A DNA stretch of 64,000 nt from positions 1 through 64,000 of the IMG/VR virus record IMGVR_UViG_3300034059_000003. One strand, given 5' to 3'. The notes under the pieces are model-generated. The model did no database searches, was not told where the DNA came from, and worked only from the letters and a program-made list of their open reading frames with translations. Shown here piece by piece: positions 1-8,637 of this stretch (position 1 is its first letter; the number at the start of each line of letters is the position of its first letter). The translations under genes were made by a program, and so were the position numbers. This DNA is from a virus. Lineage: Duplodnaviria; Caudoviricetes.

Positions 1-33
1 TCGTCGGCAGCGTCAGATGTGTATAAGAGACAG
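1..33 (+). other. Nextera/Tn5 read-1 adapter (library artefact)
   Basis: Exact TCGTCGGCAGCGTCAGATGTGTATAAGAGACAG at the window start, including the 19-bp mosaic end at 15-33. Confidence 0.98.
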
Positions 34-75
34 GATTAATTAAGTCTTGAGTGGCTTGTATAACTCAAAAAGATT

Positions 76-268
76 ATGAATGATTTTAAAACACGGTTAG
101 AAACCGAAAGAAAAGAACTTGAAAGGAAATTAAATAAGCTAAATAATTTTAATCAAAGTAGAAAGGCCGATACTACCAACTCCATTCAGAAGTCACTTCT
201 TGTTATTCAGGCAGGTGCAATGTACACCTATCTTTGAATACCTGAAGGAAAGACTTGCAAGACTTTAA
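76..268 (+). pseudogene. Frameshifted small coiled-coil phage protein (crAss001_48-like family)
   Basis: ATG76 reads MNDFKTRLETERKELERKLNKL...QAGAMYTYL, then TGA235-237. Removing one T from TATCTTTGAA restores EYLKERLARL-TAA268, the ending I recall for this family. This may be a read error at the contig end. Confidence 0.55.
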
Positions 269-320
269 TTTCTCAGGGGTAGGATAAACACAATAATATC
301 CACGACTAACCAAAGATATA

Positions 321-734
321 ATGAAAAAAGATAAAACTATCAGATTTAAAGCCTTCAAACTTTTACCAACATTTCAAATGCTTGATATTTGGATTTGCAA
401 TAATTCTGTTGATCTTGCCGAATCTTTTGTAAAAAGATATGGAGCGTCACTGGAGTATTATAAAAGGGAACTTTGTAAAAGCAGAATGTATTCTGGTTCC
501 GTAAGACGAATAACCGGAACTCGCAAATCTGAGGTAAAAGGTAGCGAGCATATTGTTTGTATAATCAATGTTTTCAGAAAAGGTATAATTGCACATGAAA
601 TTATCCATATTCTTTTTTACCTTAATGAAATAACTGGAGTCCAAATAAATACAACATCTGATGAGTGGTCAGCATATATGGTGGAGTATTTATTGAATGA
701 AATTATGGATTTAAAAACATATTCCAATCATTAA
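321..734 (+). CDS. Small zincin-like (HExxH) metallopeptidase-domain protein
   Basis: 137-aa ORF with IIAHEIIHIL and a downstream Glu (SDEWSAY) typical of zincins. Confidence 0.55.
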   Translation: MKKDKTIRFKAFKLLPTFQMLDIWICNNSVDLAESFVKRYGASLEYYKRELCKSRMYSGSVRRITGTRKSEVKGSEHIVCIINVFRKGIIAHEIIHILFYLNEITGVQINTTSDEWSAYMVEYLLNEIMDLKTYSNH

Positions 735-774
735 CAATATTTAAAGTAAATTTTAATATTAAAAATATATCTCA

Positions 775-782
775 TAACTTTG
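775..782 (+). promoter_or_regulatory. Putative Bacteroidota sigma70 -7 element (TAnnTTTG)
   Basis: TAACTTTG in an AT-rich intergenic gap, about 50 nt upstream of ATG834. The -33 element is only approximate (TTTA). Confidence 0.5.
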
Positions 783-833
783 AGATCATTCAATCTTATT
801 TAATCTTAGTATTAACAATCAAAATCAAAAAAG

Positions 834-1226
834 ATGGAAAGAAATCCAAATTCGCAGTATCTATTGCTGCTATTCTTTGCGATAGCGTTGTTATTTACTG
901 GATCACCGATTAATGCCAACTCCCCTATGACTTATGTCATAGACCAGGAAATGAACATTAATTCACCTCCGGTAATTGAACAACCTATAATGATTAATAT
1001 AAACTTTGACATTCCTGCACCGGCCAATGTAATCACATGGATTTGCTCTTCAATGCCTGGAGACAGTAAATTTAATCCTGAAGCTAATTTAGTATGCTTA
1101 ACAGGTGCACAATGTGATGAATATAATATTGTAATTGGTAATTTTCTTGGCTATGTCAATAATGAAACGATTATCGGGAATAATAGTATTCTCCATTTCT
1201 TTCGCAAAGCCAGATCAACACTGTAG
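834..1226 (+). CDS. Hypothetical exported protein with N-terminal signal peptide
   Basis: 130 aa with a hydrophobic N-terminus LLLLFFAIALLFTGSPINA. Lies between a promoter box and a terminator. Confidence 0.6.
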   Translation: MERNPNSQYLLLLFFAIALLFTGSPINANSPMTYVIDQEMNINSPPVIEQPIMININFDIPAPANVITWICSSMPGDSKFNPEANLVCLTGAQCDEYNIVIGNFLGYVNNETIIGNNSILHFFRKARSTL

Positions 1227-1244
1227 TTAATTTCTGAAAATATG

Positions 1245-1280
1245 AAAGCCGAGCATAATTTTGCTCGGCTTTTTTTATTT
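1245..1280 (+). terminator. Rho-independent terminator
   Basis: Perfect 11-bp stem AAAGCCGAGCA / TGCTCGGCTTT with a 6-nt loop, followed by a T-run. Confidence 0.85.
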
Positions 1281-1308
1281 CTTTATTAATCACTTTATAC
1301 AGACAAAT

Positions 1309-1752
1309 TTGGGACAAATTTCAGACTTAATGCTTGACGGAACTCTTTGTCAAGGTTGTGGCGTATATATTGGAGAAGGTGATGGCTTTCCTCAATATTG
1401 TTCTGATTGCCAACCAAAGAAAATCAGAAAGAAGGAAAAGATATCAAATGGACCTTATTCTTTTGATCATTTATTGCCCATAAAAGAAGAACAAACATGT
1501 GTTCGCGTATGGGCCGATCCAATAGTACCAGAAAGTATAGGATATCGTTGTCTTGAAAAAGCAGAATTTATCCTGCATAATTATCACAACAATAAAACCG
1601 AACATCTCTGCAGAAAGCATTTTCTCAATTCGATAAAACGATTGAGAGCAAAAATGCATTACAATCCTAAGAGAACAGGATTCATATGGTATGATATCAA
1701 AGCTGGCACAGTTTATACAGAAAATAACAATATAGCATATGACAAAGAATAG
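1309..1752 (+). CDS. Hypothetical phage protein with N-terminal CxxC...CxxC zinc-binding motif
   Basis: The ORF-track start (1261) lies inside the terminator. TTG1309 gives (M)GQISDLMLDGTLCQGCGVYIGEGDGFPQYCSDC, a common phage N-terminus. Confidence 0.6.
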   Translation: MGQISDLMLDGTLCQGCGVYIGEGDGFPQYCSDCQPKKIRKKEKISNGPYSFDHLLPIKEEQTCVRVWADPIVPESIGYRCLEKAEFILHNYHNNKTEHLCRKHFLNSIKRLRAKMHYNPKRTGFIWYDIKAGTVYTENNNIAYDKE

Positions 1753-2011
1753 CAAAAAAATAGAGATCCTCAATTCTCTTTCTTCTTTAACATTAAATAC
1801 TACAAAGGAAAGAGCTTTCGAGGCATTAGCTGAATATCTTTTGAATTATATTAATACTGATGAACATGAATGGCTTATTAAAGCCAATTATTGTTTTATC
1901 ATACTCTTAATGAAAGAAGGACTCCTTGATCCAGAAAAAACCAAGGAAGAACTCAATATAATTGACAAACAAAAAGAATTAACAGATATCATTAATAAAT
2001 TCAAGTCATGA
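1739..2011 (+). CDS. Hypothetical protein
   Basis: 90-aa ORF overlapping both neighbours, in operon context. Confidence 0.6.
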   Translation: MTKNSKKIEILNSLSSLTLNTTKERAFEALAEYLLNYINTDEHEWLIKANYCFIILLMKEGLLDPEKTKEELNIIDKQKELTDIINKFKS

Positions 2012-2292
2012 TAATACAATTTAAAGGATACGTCTGTGATTTACTCTTCCAACGTTATTATAATGGAAGAATAGCAATACAATTAGTTGATCATTTTGAT
2101 CATGAGCCTATTGCTACAGCAACCTGCAATCTTCCTGATGTGGAACTTGATGATGATGAAATCATTATTAAGAACTATTCTGAGAATAAAACAATGGAAA
2201 AAGTTCTCTTTGAAGCCGGTGTTATAGGTCCAGTATTACGTACTGTTCCAACAGGATTTGTAGAAGTACCAATTTGTAAATTTTTAATATAA
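2008..2292 (+). CDS. DUF4313-like phage protein
   Basis: Y-NG-IAIQL...EPIATATCNLP...IIIKNYSEN pattern; ATGA overlap with the upstream gene. Confidence 0.55.
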   Translation: MIIQFKGYVCDLLFQRYYNGRIAIQLVDHFDHEPIATATCNLPDVELDDDEIIIKNYSENKTMEKVLFEAGVIGPVLRTVPTGFVEVPICKFLI

Positions 2293-2298
2293 GATATC

Positions 2299-2538
2299 AT
2301 GAGTAAATACGGAGCACGAATCGCGATACTAAATGCACATTATGGCTTTGGATTCATTAATTCAAATGCTACAAGAAGTGTTAGTGAATCTGAAAAAGAA
2401 GGAATCAAAAGGATGCGTAAAAAAGTAAAAAATACTGGCAGCCTTAACGAATCTCGGATTATTCGGATACATAGCTTAGACGAAAGCAAAGTTGTACGAA
2501 TAGTAAAACATCTTTTAAAAACCCACAATAGACAGTAA
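2299..2538 (+). CDS. Hypothetical basic protein
   Basis: 79-aa ORF with a TAATG overlap into the next gene. Confidence 0.5.
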   Translation: MSKYGARIAILNAHYGFGFINSNATRSVSESEKEGIKRMRKKVKNTGSLNESRIIRIHSLDESKVVRIVKHLLKTHNRQ

Positions 2539-3119
2539 TGGAAGAAGAATCTCCAATAATACCAACAGAAGAGATATCTGTTGATTATATCCAAAATATT
2601 GTTTCCAGAATAACCAAAATTCCTATTGAGGATATTAACTTACCAGATAGAATTAGAGGAACCAGAAAGCAAGAAAAGATTATTGCAAGACAATTGTCTA
2701 TGTATTTTATAAAAAAATATATAGGATTAAGCCTTGCAAAAATAGGATTTCTCCACGGTGGAAGAGATCATGTTACAGCTCTATATGCTATCAAAACAAT
2801 AAATAATGGATTGGGAACAAATGAAAAAAGGATTGTAATACCATTTACAAAAATTGATCTTGAAATTAAGAACTATGGTAAATATGTAACCAGAACATTT
2901 AAAGTTTTTATGTTTGCTGACAGTTTTGTAAATGAACATCTCTTATATCATGGGTTATATTTTACTAATTCACCAATGTTACATTCTAAAACACTTACAA
3001 TAGAAAATTATATTAGGAGTGTAAAATTGGATGCAGAAATAAATAATATTTCCCTTGTTGATTTCGAATATAATATTAAAAAATGTAATCTTGTAGAAAT
3101 AGAACTAAAAATAGTATAA
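2538..3119 (+). CDS. DnaA C-terminal (domain IV, DNA-binding HTH) domain protein
   Basis: ARQLSMYFIKKYIGLSLAKIGFLHGGRDHVTALYA matches the DnaA signature (RQIAMYL..SLxxIG..FGGRDHTTV). There is no AAA+ domain. Confidence 0.85.
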   Translation: MEEESPIIPTEEISVDYIQNIVSRITKIPIEDINLPDRIRGTRKQEKIIARQLSMYFIKKYIGLSLAKIGFLHGGRDHVTALYAIKTINNGLGTNEKRIVIPFTKIDLEIKNYGKYVTRTFKVFMFADSFVNEHLLYHGLYFTNSPMLHSKTLTIENYIRSVKLDAEINNISLVDFEYNIKKCNLVEIELKIV

Positions 3120-3120
3120 T

Positions 3121-4065
3121 ATGAAAGCAAAGGTTATCGAAAAAATACTCAGACATAAATTTGGTGCTTTTATCAAATCAATTGAAGACAAAGAAGTCCA
3201 GAGATTGGTAGCACAAAATAGTATCATTACCGGAGGATCAATAGTTTCCCTTGTTCTAAATGAAAAGGTAAATGATTATGATATTTATTTTACAACCAGG
3301 GAAACAGTTCTTGCTGTTTGTAAATATTATCAAGAACTTCTTGTGAAAGAAAATCTTATGTTCGAAAACGTAAAGATCGATCAGGAATTGGATGAAAACG
3401 GCCTCATTAAACCTGATGGAAGAATTAAATTCAGAATTCAGAGTAAAGGTATTGTTGATAAGATTGATGCAAAGGGAAAAAAATATTTTCCTATTATCAT
3501 AACCGATAACGCTATTTCATTGACAAATGAATTCCAACTTATCCTAAGATTTTATGGCCCAGCTGAAGAGATCCACAGGAATTATGATTTTATTCATGTA
3601 AAGTCATATTGGGAGTCAAGTAATGGTAAATTGCATTTTAATCCTGATTCCTTGGAATGTATCCTTACAAAAGAGTTAAGATATACTGGATCTCTTTATC
3701 CTCTTGCATCAATATTTCGCTTAAGAAAATTCCTTTCAAGAGGCTGGACAATATCTGCCGGTGATATCTTCAAGATGGCTTTCCAGGCATCACAACTGAA
3801 TTTCAAGGATCCAAAAGTTATGTATGATCAACTTATTGGTGTAGATATCCATTATTTTCAGCAAATGATTTTCCAAATTGAAGAAGATCTTACTACACAC
3901 AAAATAACAGAAGTTGATCAAAATTATCTTTCAGATCTCATCGAAAAGATTTTCCATAATTCTGAAGACTTCACATATGAAGATTATGTGAAAAATGAAA
4001 GATCTGAGGAAAAGAATAAAGAGGAGTTTGAAGATAACCCTTTTAATGAAGAAGATGATGAGTAG
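3121..4065 (+). CDS. Pol-beta-superfamily nucleotidyltransferase-like phage protein
   Basis: ITGGSIVSL...VNDYDIYF (GG + DxD) motif, later YDFIHVK, and an acidic C-terminal tail. Confidence 0.6.
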   Translation: MKAKVIEKILRHKFGAFIKSIEDKEVQRLVAQNSIITGGSIVSLVLNEKVNDYDIYFTTRETVLAVCKYYQELLVKENLMFENVKIDQELDENGLIKPDGRIKFRIQSKGIVDKIDAKGKKYFPIIITDNAISLTNEFQLILRFYGPAEEIHRNYDFIHVKSYWESSNGKLHFNPDSLECILTKELRYTGSLYPLASIFRLRKFLSRGWTISAGDIFKMAFQASQLNFKDPKVMYDQLIGVDIHYFQQMIFQIEEDLTTHKITEVDQNYLSDLIEKIFHNSEDFTYEDYVKNERSEEKNKEEFEDNPFNEEDDE

Positions 4066-4246
4066 AAAAGAATTCACTTGTATTCATTGTGGGGAAAAAT
4101 TTAATCTTAACCCTGCTGATCAAGAAGATTATAATGAAGGATTCTTTGATCATACTCCAAATACTTGTGATGATTGTATGGAAATGATGAATTTCCCTGG
4201 TCATGATATCTCAGATTTACATAGCGACGCAGATCCAGGACTATAA
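4055..4246 (+). CDS. Small zinc-ribbon protein
   Basis: MMSRKEFTCIHCGEKF...TPNTCDDC (two CxxC), ending DADPGL. Start moved from 3995 to ATG4055. Confidence 0.65.
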   Translation: MMSRKEFTCIHCGEKFNLNPADQEDYNEGFFDHTPNTCDDCMEMMNFPGHDISDLHSDADPGL

Positions 4247-4256
4247 GGATCTCCCT

Positions 4257-4530
4257 TTGACAATCGAATTAGTTCCAAGAACAACTTGGTATAGCAATGT
4301 TAGATCCCGGGTTCCGAAAGAAACCTGGGATCTTATTAGAAGAAAATGCTATTACAAAAAGCAAATTAAACCTTGTTGTTTTACAATTGATGAAAATCAA
4401 TAAAATGACTATGGATGAAACCAATAAATATCTTGAGATTTCGTTCTTATTATGGGAACAAAGGAATAAAAATAATTGGACAGTTGACATATCATTTATT
4501 GATCAGTATCTTGACCATCCAAAACAATAA
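4257..4530 (+). pseudogene. HNH endonuclease remnant with internal deletion and frameshift
   Basis: The N-terminus LTIELVPRTTWYSNVRS..WDLIRRKCY and the C-terminus LMKINKM..YLEISFLLWEQRNKNNWTVDIS of a phage HNH family sit in different frames. The intervening CxxC/HE/LCxxCH core is absent. Confidence 0.65.
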
Positions 4531-4545
4531 TTAATATTCTAAAAT

Positions 4546-6384
4546 ATGTCAGAAAGAAAAGACAAACAGAAGAAAAAACCCTCATATTTGATTATTCCAG
4601 AAGTAGGCAAAATACCACCACAGGCTATTGAAATTGAGGAAGCAATAATAGGAGAATGTATGTCTGATCCTGGTGCCTTTCTTCGTGTATCTCATTATTT
4701 TAAAGATGAAAGTATCTTTTATACATCAGCCCATCAAAAAATAATGAATGCAATAAAAGAGTTGCATGAAAAGAAAATCGGCATAGATATACTGACCGTA
4801 ATGAACCAGCTAAAAATTAATAATGAATTAGAAGATGTTGGTGGTCCTACATATTTAACTGAATTATCTTCTAAAGTTGTTTCTTCAGCTAATCTCGAAT
4901 TCCATTGTATGGTAATTACTGATAAATATCTCTTAAGAGAATTAATCAGAATTGGTACAATAATTCAAAGTAAAGCCTATGAAGAAGAATCACCAGCTGA
5001 AATAGCACAATGGGCTGAAGAAGAACTTGTCAGTAAATTCGATATCGATTTTGAAGGCAAATCAACTTTTAAAGAAGCTCTCCATGCAACTCTTCTTGAT
5101 ATAGCAAATAAGGCAAAAGGTCTTGTAAGTACTTTCATTAAGACAGGAGATTCAGAAGTAGATAGGAAACTATCATTGAGAGAAAGAAGCATCTGCCTTG
5201 TTGCTGGTATTGAGGGATGTGGTAAGACAAAGTACGTAACAGAAAAAACCAAGGGAATTCTTGATAATAATAGTAATGTCAGAGTCCTATGGTTTTCCAT
5301 GGAAGATTCAAAAGAACAAATTGTAAGAAGCTTTATTTCTATGGATGCATTGCTTACAACAAAAGAGATGCAGAGCATAAATTATGTTCTCTCAGATGAT
5401 GATGTAACAAAGATTCATAAAGCTGTAGAAAATTTCGGCAATTACAATATTGAGTTTGTAGATCATGTTTGTTCTATGGCAACTATCATGAGAAAAGGAA
5501 GGAATATAAGAGAAAAATATAAAGAAGACCTTCTCATAATTGTCATTGATAATCTTGGTTTGATCGAAGTCGATTCTTTTTATCGTGGTATTGAAAGGGA
5601 TGACTATATCGCAGGAAAGATAAAAGAAATGTGTGATTTAACCGATTCATTTATTTTTGTTCTTCACCATTTAACAAAAGAGACCAAAACAAAGTTAAAT
5701 ATCAATGAAGGATATAGACCAAGAGCGGAATATATTAAAGGCTCTACTCGTATTCTTGATTATGTTCAATTATGTTTACTCATAAATCTACCAAGGAAAT
5801 ATAAAGATCTTGTATCTGAAGAAAAACAAAAAGGAGAATTATTCAATATTAAAGAAGCAACTGGAAAATTTGATAAAACCCGATTCAAAACAGAATTTTG
5901 GAGTGTGAATCCTCATGGTGATAAAAATACCAAAACAATAACGGATTTATATACAAATACCTGGGATGAATTGAAATTTGTTTGCCAGGGAGAAACCCTT
6001 GAAGATGGTATGCCAATAACTGTTGGTTTTTTACTGAGGAAATATATCGAGTACTCTATATCTATTGACGAAATAAACCGCCATAGAGAGGACAGATTCA
6101 AATCCGAAAAAATGAGTATTTACACTTTTCTTCAGAATAAGAAATGGACAGAAGATTATCGGCCAAAACAGAATTCAAGAACATTTTATTTGTATGGTAA
6201 TGATATCTCCAGATCTGTTCATATTCAGAATCTCCTTATCGTAGAAAGTGCAAAAAACAGAGATGGTAGTGATGTAGATGACGAAAATATCATTCGTTAT
6301 TATGCAGATCTTGACCATAATATTTTTAAACCATTAACCAACGAAGGATGGGACGAATTGAAAAGTTCAAAAAAAACGGAGTAA
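4546..6384 (+). CDS. dnaB: DnaB-like replicative helicase with large C-terminal insertion
   Basis: DnaB N-domain (PPQAIEIEEAIIG), Walker A AGIEGCGKT, FSMED, IVIDNLGLI, VLHHLTK, RP..EYIKGS, and AKNRDG. Confidence 0.88.
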   Translation: MSERKDKQKKKPSYLIIPEVGKIPPQAIEIEEAIIGECMSDPGAFLRVSHYFKDESIFYTSAHQKIMNAIKELHEKKIGIDILTVMNQLKINNELEDVGGPTYLTELSSKVVSSANLEFHCMVITDKYLLRELIRIGTIIQSKAYEEESPAEIAQWAEEELVSKFDIDFEGKSTFKEALHATLLDIANKAKGLVSTFIKTGDSEVDRKLSLRERSICLVAGIEGCGKTKYVTEKTKGILDNNSNVRVLWFSMEDSKEQIVRSFISMDALLTTKEMQSINYVLSDDDVTKIHKAVENFGNYNIEFVDHVCSMATIMRKGRNIREKYKEDLLIIVIDNLGLIEVDSFYRGIERDDYIAGKIKEMCDLTDSFIFVLHHLTKETKTKLNINEGYRPRAEYIKGSTRILDYVQLCLLINLPRKYKDLVSEEKQKGELFNIKEATGKFDKTRFKTEFWSVNPHGDKNTKTITDLYTNTWDELKFVCQGETLEDGMPITVGFLLRKYIEYSISIDEINRHREDRFKSEKMSIYTFLQNKKWTEDYRPKQNSRTFYLYGNDISRSVHIQNLLIVESAKNRDGSDVDDENIIRYYADLDHNIFKPLTNEGWDELKSSKKTE

Positions 6385-6590
6385 TAAATTATCTACGTGA
6401 ATTAAATGATGATCCGGAAGTAAGATTAAGGACTCTACAGGAACATCAATTACGCAAACAATTAACTGAATTAAAAAATAAACATCAAAATCCGACAGCA
6501 TGGAAAAGGATAAATCAACAACTAAGGCATTGGAGATACCAGTTATCTTCCATAATTACAAACTTCTTAAAGACAAAGAATTTGTCTTAA
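6348..6590 (+). CDS. Possible small hypothetical protein
   Basis: 80 aa; fills the 115-nt gap between dnaB and the ATPase but overlaps both genes. Confidence 0.35.
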   Translation: MGRIEKFKKNGVINYLRELNDDPEVRLRTLQEHQLRKQLTELKNKHQNPTAWKRINQQLRHWRYQLSSIITNFLKTKNLS

Positions 6591-7990
6591 GTGGATCAAG
6601 AATATATTTTATACAAGGTCCTAATCGTGTAGGAAAAACCTCATTTCTTAAGGCTCTTACAAGCCTTCAGATCGCTCAGGATGATACTCAGGATAAAGTG
6701 ACAACTGGTGAATCAGAGGGTTTCTATGAAGCCACAATACCTGCATCCGATGGATCTATTGTCACAATAAGACATGAGTTTACTGATAACAATAAAGGCA
6801 AATTCATTGCTATTCGTGAGGATGGAACAAAAATCTCAAGTGTGACAGAGATAAGGAATTTATTTAATTATACTCCTATCAATGTTAATGAGTTCTTTGC
6901 AATGAGTAATACTGCAGAGGGCCGGAGAAAACAAAGAGATATCATTCTCAAACTTATGAGTGATGAAGAACGTGCCCATTTCAATGATCTTGATCTTCAG
7001 GAAAGTCATTATTATACTACCAGAACAGAAGAAAACAAGAAAGTTGAACAATGTGACAGTAGTATAAAAACCATTGTTATTTCTGATGAAGACCGGGCTC
7101 TTGTTCCAAGAAAAGATGAAGCTGAAAAACTTCTGAAATCTTATGAAAATGTTAAAAAAACAAGAGAGGAATTTCCAAAACTTGAAACTGTTGTTACTGA
7201 TCTTGAGACAAGAAAAACAAGATTAGAAAGAGAGATTGAAGAAAAAAAAGAAGAAATCCGCTCTCTTGAAACAAAAATAAAAGATGGTAAGGAGCTTTGT
7301 GAAGAAGGTAAAGGGATACTTGATCCTACTAAAGATATTTCTGATGAAGAAATTGAAGAAAAGATCACAAAAGGAAATAACATCATAACCCGTATAAATT
7401 CTCTTAAAACAAAAGAAGAACTTATTAAGGACTATACGATAAACCGTGATGAACATCAGAAAGAAAGCGATTCTCTAACTAAGAGAATAGAGAAGTGCAG
7501 GGCAGAAAAAGCAAAGATTGTTTCAGATTCTGAATTGCCTGTAGAAAACATATCATTTGAAGATGGTTATCTTACTATCGACGGTTATGTTTTCAAAGAA
7601 AATCAGGTATGTGAAAGTGACGCTGTAATTATTCTTGCCAACATTCTTGCAAAGATCAATCCTGGTCCTATCCAGATAATCGGAGATGCAAGTGTTCTTG
7701 ACCTACAGAAACTTGATATTCTCAACTCAATAGCTGAGAAATACAACAAGATTATGTTCGTTGATGAAGTTGTACGTGACGCAAATAATATGGTTGTTGT
7801 TGGTTATGAAGAACTGTCAAAGAAAGAGTTTCTTTCATCAATAGATACAATAGCCGGCACTGAAAAGCCAAAACAGACAAAAAAGCAAAAGACTGAAAAT
7901 TCTGTAATGCCAAATGAGGCAAAAAAGGAGAAAGATGAAAAAATGGATTCAAATCAGGATCCTAATAGTGAAAAACCGTTATTGTTTTAA
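6500..7990 (+). CDS. Rad50/SbcC-like (AAA_23-type) coiled-coil ATPase
   Basis: Walker A QGPNRVGKTSFL, long central coiled coil, degenerate C-terminal ABC lobe (IIGDASVLD). Confidence 0.75.
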   Translation: MEKDKSTTKALEIPVIFHNYKLLKDKEFVLSGSRIYFIQGPNRVGKTSFLKALTSLQIAQDDTQDKVTTGESEGFYEATIPASDGSIVTIRHEFTDNNKGKFIAIREDGTKISSVTEIRNLFNYTPINVNEFFAMSNTAEGRRKQRDIILKLMSDEERAHFNDLDLQESHYYTTRTEENKKVEQCDSSIKTIVISDEDRALVPRKDEAEKLLKSYENVKKTREEFPKLETVVTDLETRKTRLEREIEEKKEEIRSLETKIKDGKELCEEGKGILDPTKDISDEEIEEKITKGNNIITRINSLKTKEELIKDYTINRDEHQKESDSLTKRIEKCRAEKAKIVSDSELPVENISFEDGYLTIDGYVFKENQVCESDAVIILANILAKINPGPIQIIGDASVLDLQKLDILNSIAEKYNKIMFVDEVVRDANNMVVVGYEELSKKEFLSSIDTIAGTEKPKQTKKQKTENSVMPNEAKKEKDEKMDSNQDPNSEKPLLF

Positions 7991-8004
7991 ATCATTAAAA
8001 TATC

Positions 8005-8637
8005 ATGGGAAAAATTACAAGTAGAAGTAAACCGTTTCGTATTGAGCCAAAAAGATCATATAATGGACGAAACGGAATGATCTATGTCTTCGACATTGAG
8101 TTCGATGATGGGGTTCAAGGAGAATTTTCAACTACAAAAGAACACCAGACAAAATTTACTATTGGTGTTGAATGCACTTATACTGCAGAAGATAAGATTG
8201 ATGGAAGAGGAAATGATTTTGTCAAAATTGATCTTATCAAAGATGCCGATGCAGGAGGAGAATATGCAAAAGGAAAAAGCCAACCTGGTCGTTATACAAA
8301 GAGTCCTGAAGTTGAAGCAAGTATCACTGCAAGTGTATGCCTTGATTGTGCAGCTCTATGTATCCTTAAAACCGGAAAAATGACTTTAGTTGATGTGGAT
8401 CTTGTTTCTTTACATAATGTGGCCAATAAATTCTTTGATCATATTATTGAGAAAAGCAAAGGGGATACGCAACTATCTATCAATTATCAATCAAGATTGA
8501 AGGAGGTTGTTATGATCCTTATGGATTACAAAGATGAAAAAGGAATTAATACTCTTGGAATAAAGAGTTCTGATGATGTCCTCGCATTCGTTGATAAAGA
8601 AGTCGCCTATTTACAAATGAAGATGAAGAAAGCATGA
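8005..8637 (+). CDS. Hypothetical protein, possible OB-fold ssDNA-binding protein
   Basis: Beta-rich N-terminus (NGMIYVFDIEFDDGVQGEFSTTK..QTKF.IG.E..Y); lies between the ATPase and the exonuclease. Confidence 0.4.
   Translation: MGKITSRSKPFRIEPKRSYNGRNGMIYVFDIEFDDGVQGEFSTTKEHQTKFTIGVECTYTAEDKIDGRGNDFVKIDLIKDADAGGEYAKGKSQPGRYTKSPEVEASITASVCLDCAALCILKTGKMTLVDVDLVSLHNVANKFFDHIIEKSKGDTQLSINYQSRLKEVVMILMDYKDEKGINTLGIKSSDDVLAFVDKEVAYLQMKMKKA

Noticed and set aside
15-33. Tn5 mosaic end suggesting a transposon
   Set aside because: It is part of the exact Nextera adapter at the contig end, and no transposase is present.
47-68. Short inverted repeat TTGAGT/ACTCAA near the contig start
   Set aside because: Only 6 bp, expected by chance, and adjacent to the low-confidence contig end.
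1261-1308. N-terminal extensions in the ORF track (also 12355, 17414, 38576, 48621, 49108, 50930)
   Set aside because: They overlap terminators or upstream genes. Downstream starts give coupled overlaps and family-typical N-termini.
5800-6230. Second intein in DnaB
   Set aside because: The insertion lacks an N-terminal C/S block, a TxxH motif and a C-terminal HN-(C/S/T) junction.
8084-8383. Alternative-frame 99-aa ORF inside 8005-8637 (also 9073-9288, 11669-11926, 15741-15935)
   Set aside because: Nested out-of-frame ORFs with no recognisable features; expected by chance in AT-rich DNA.
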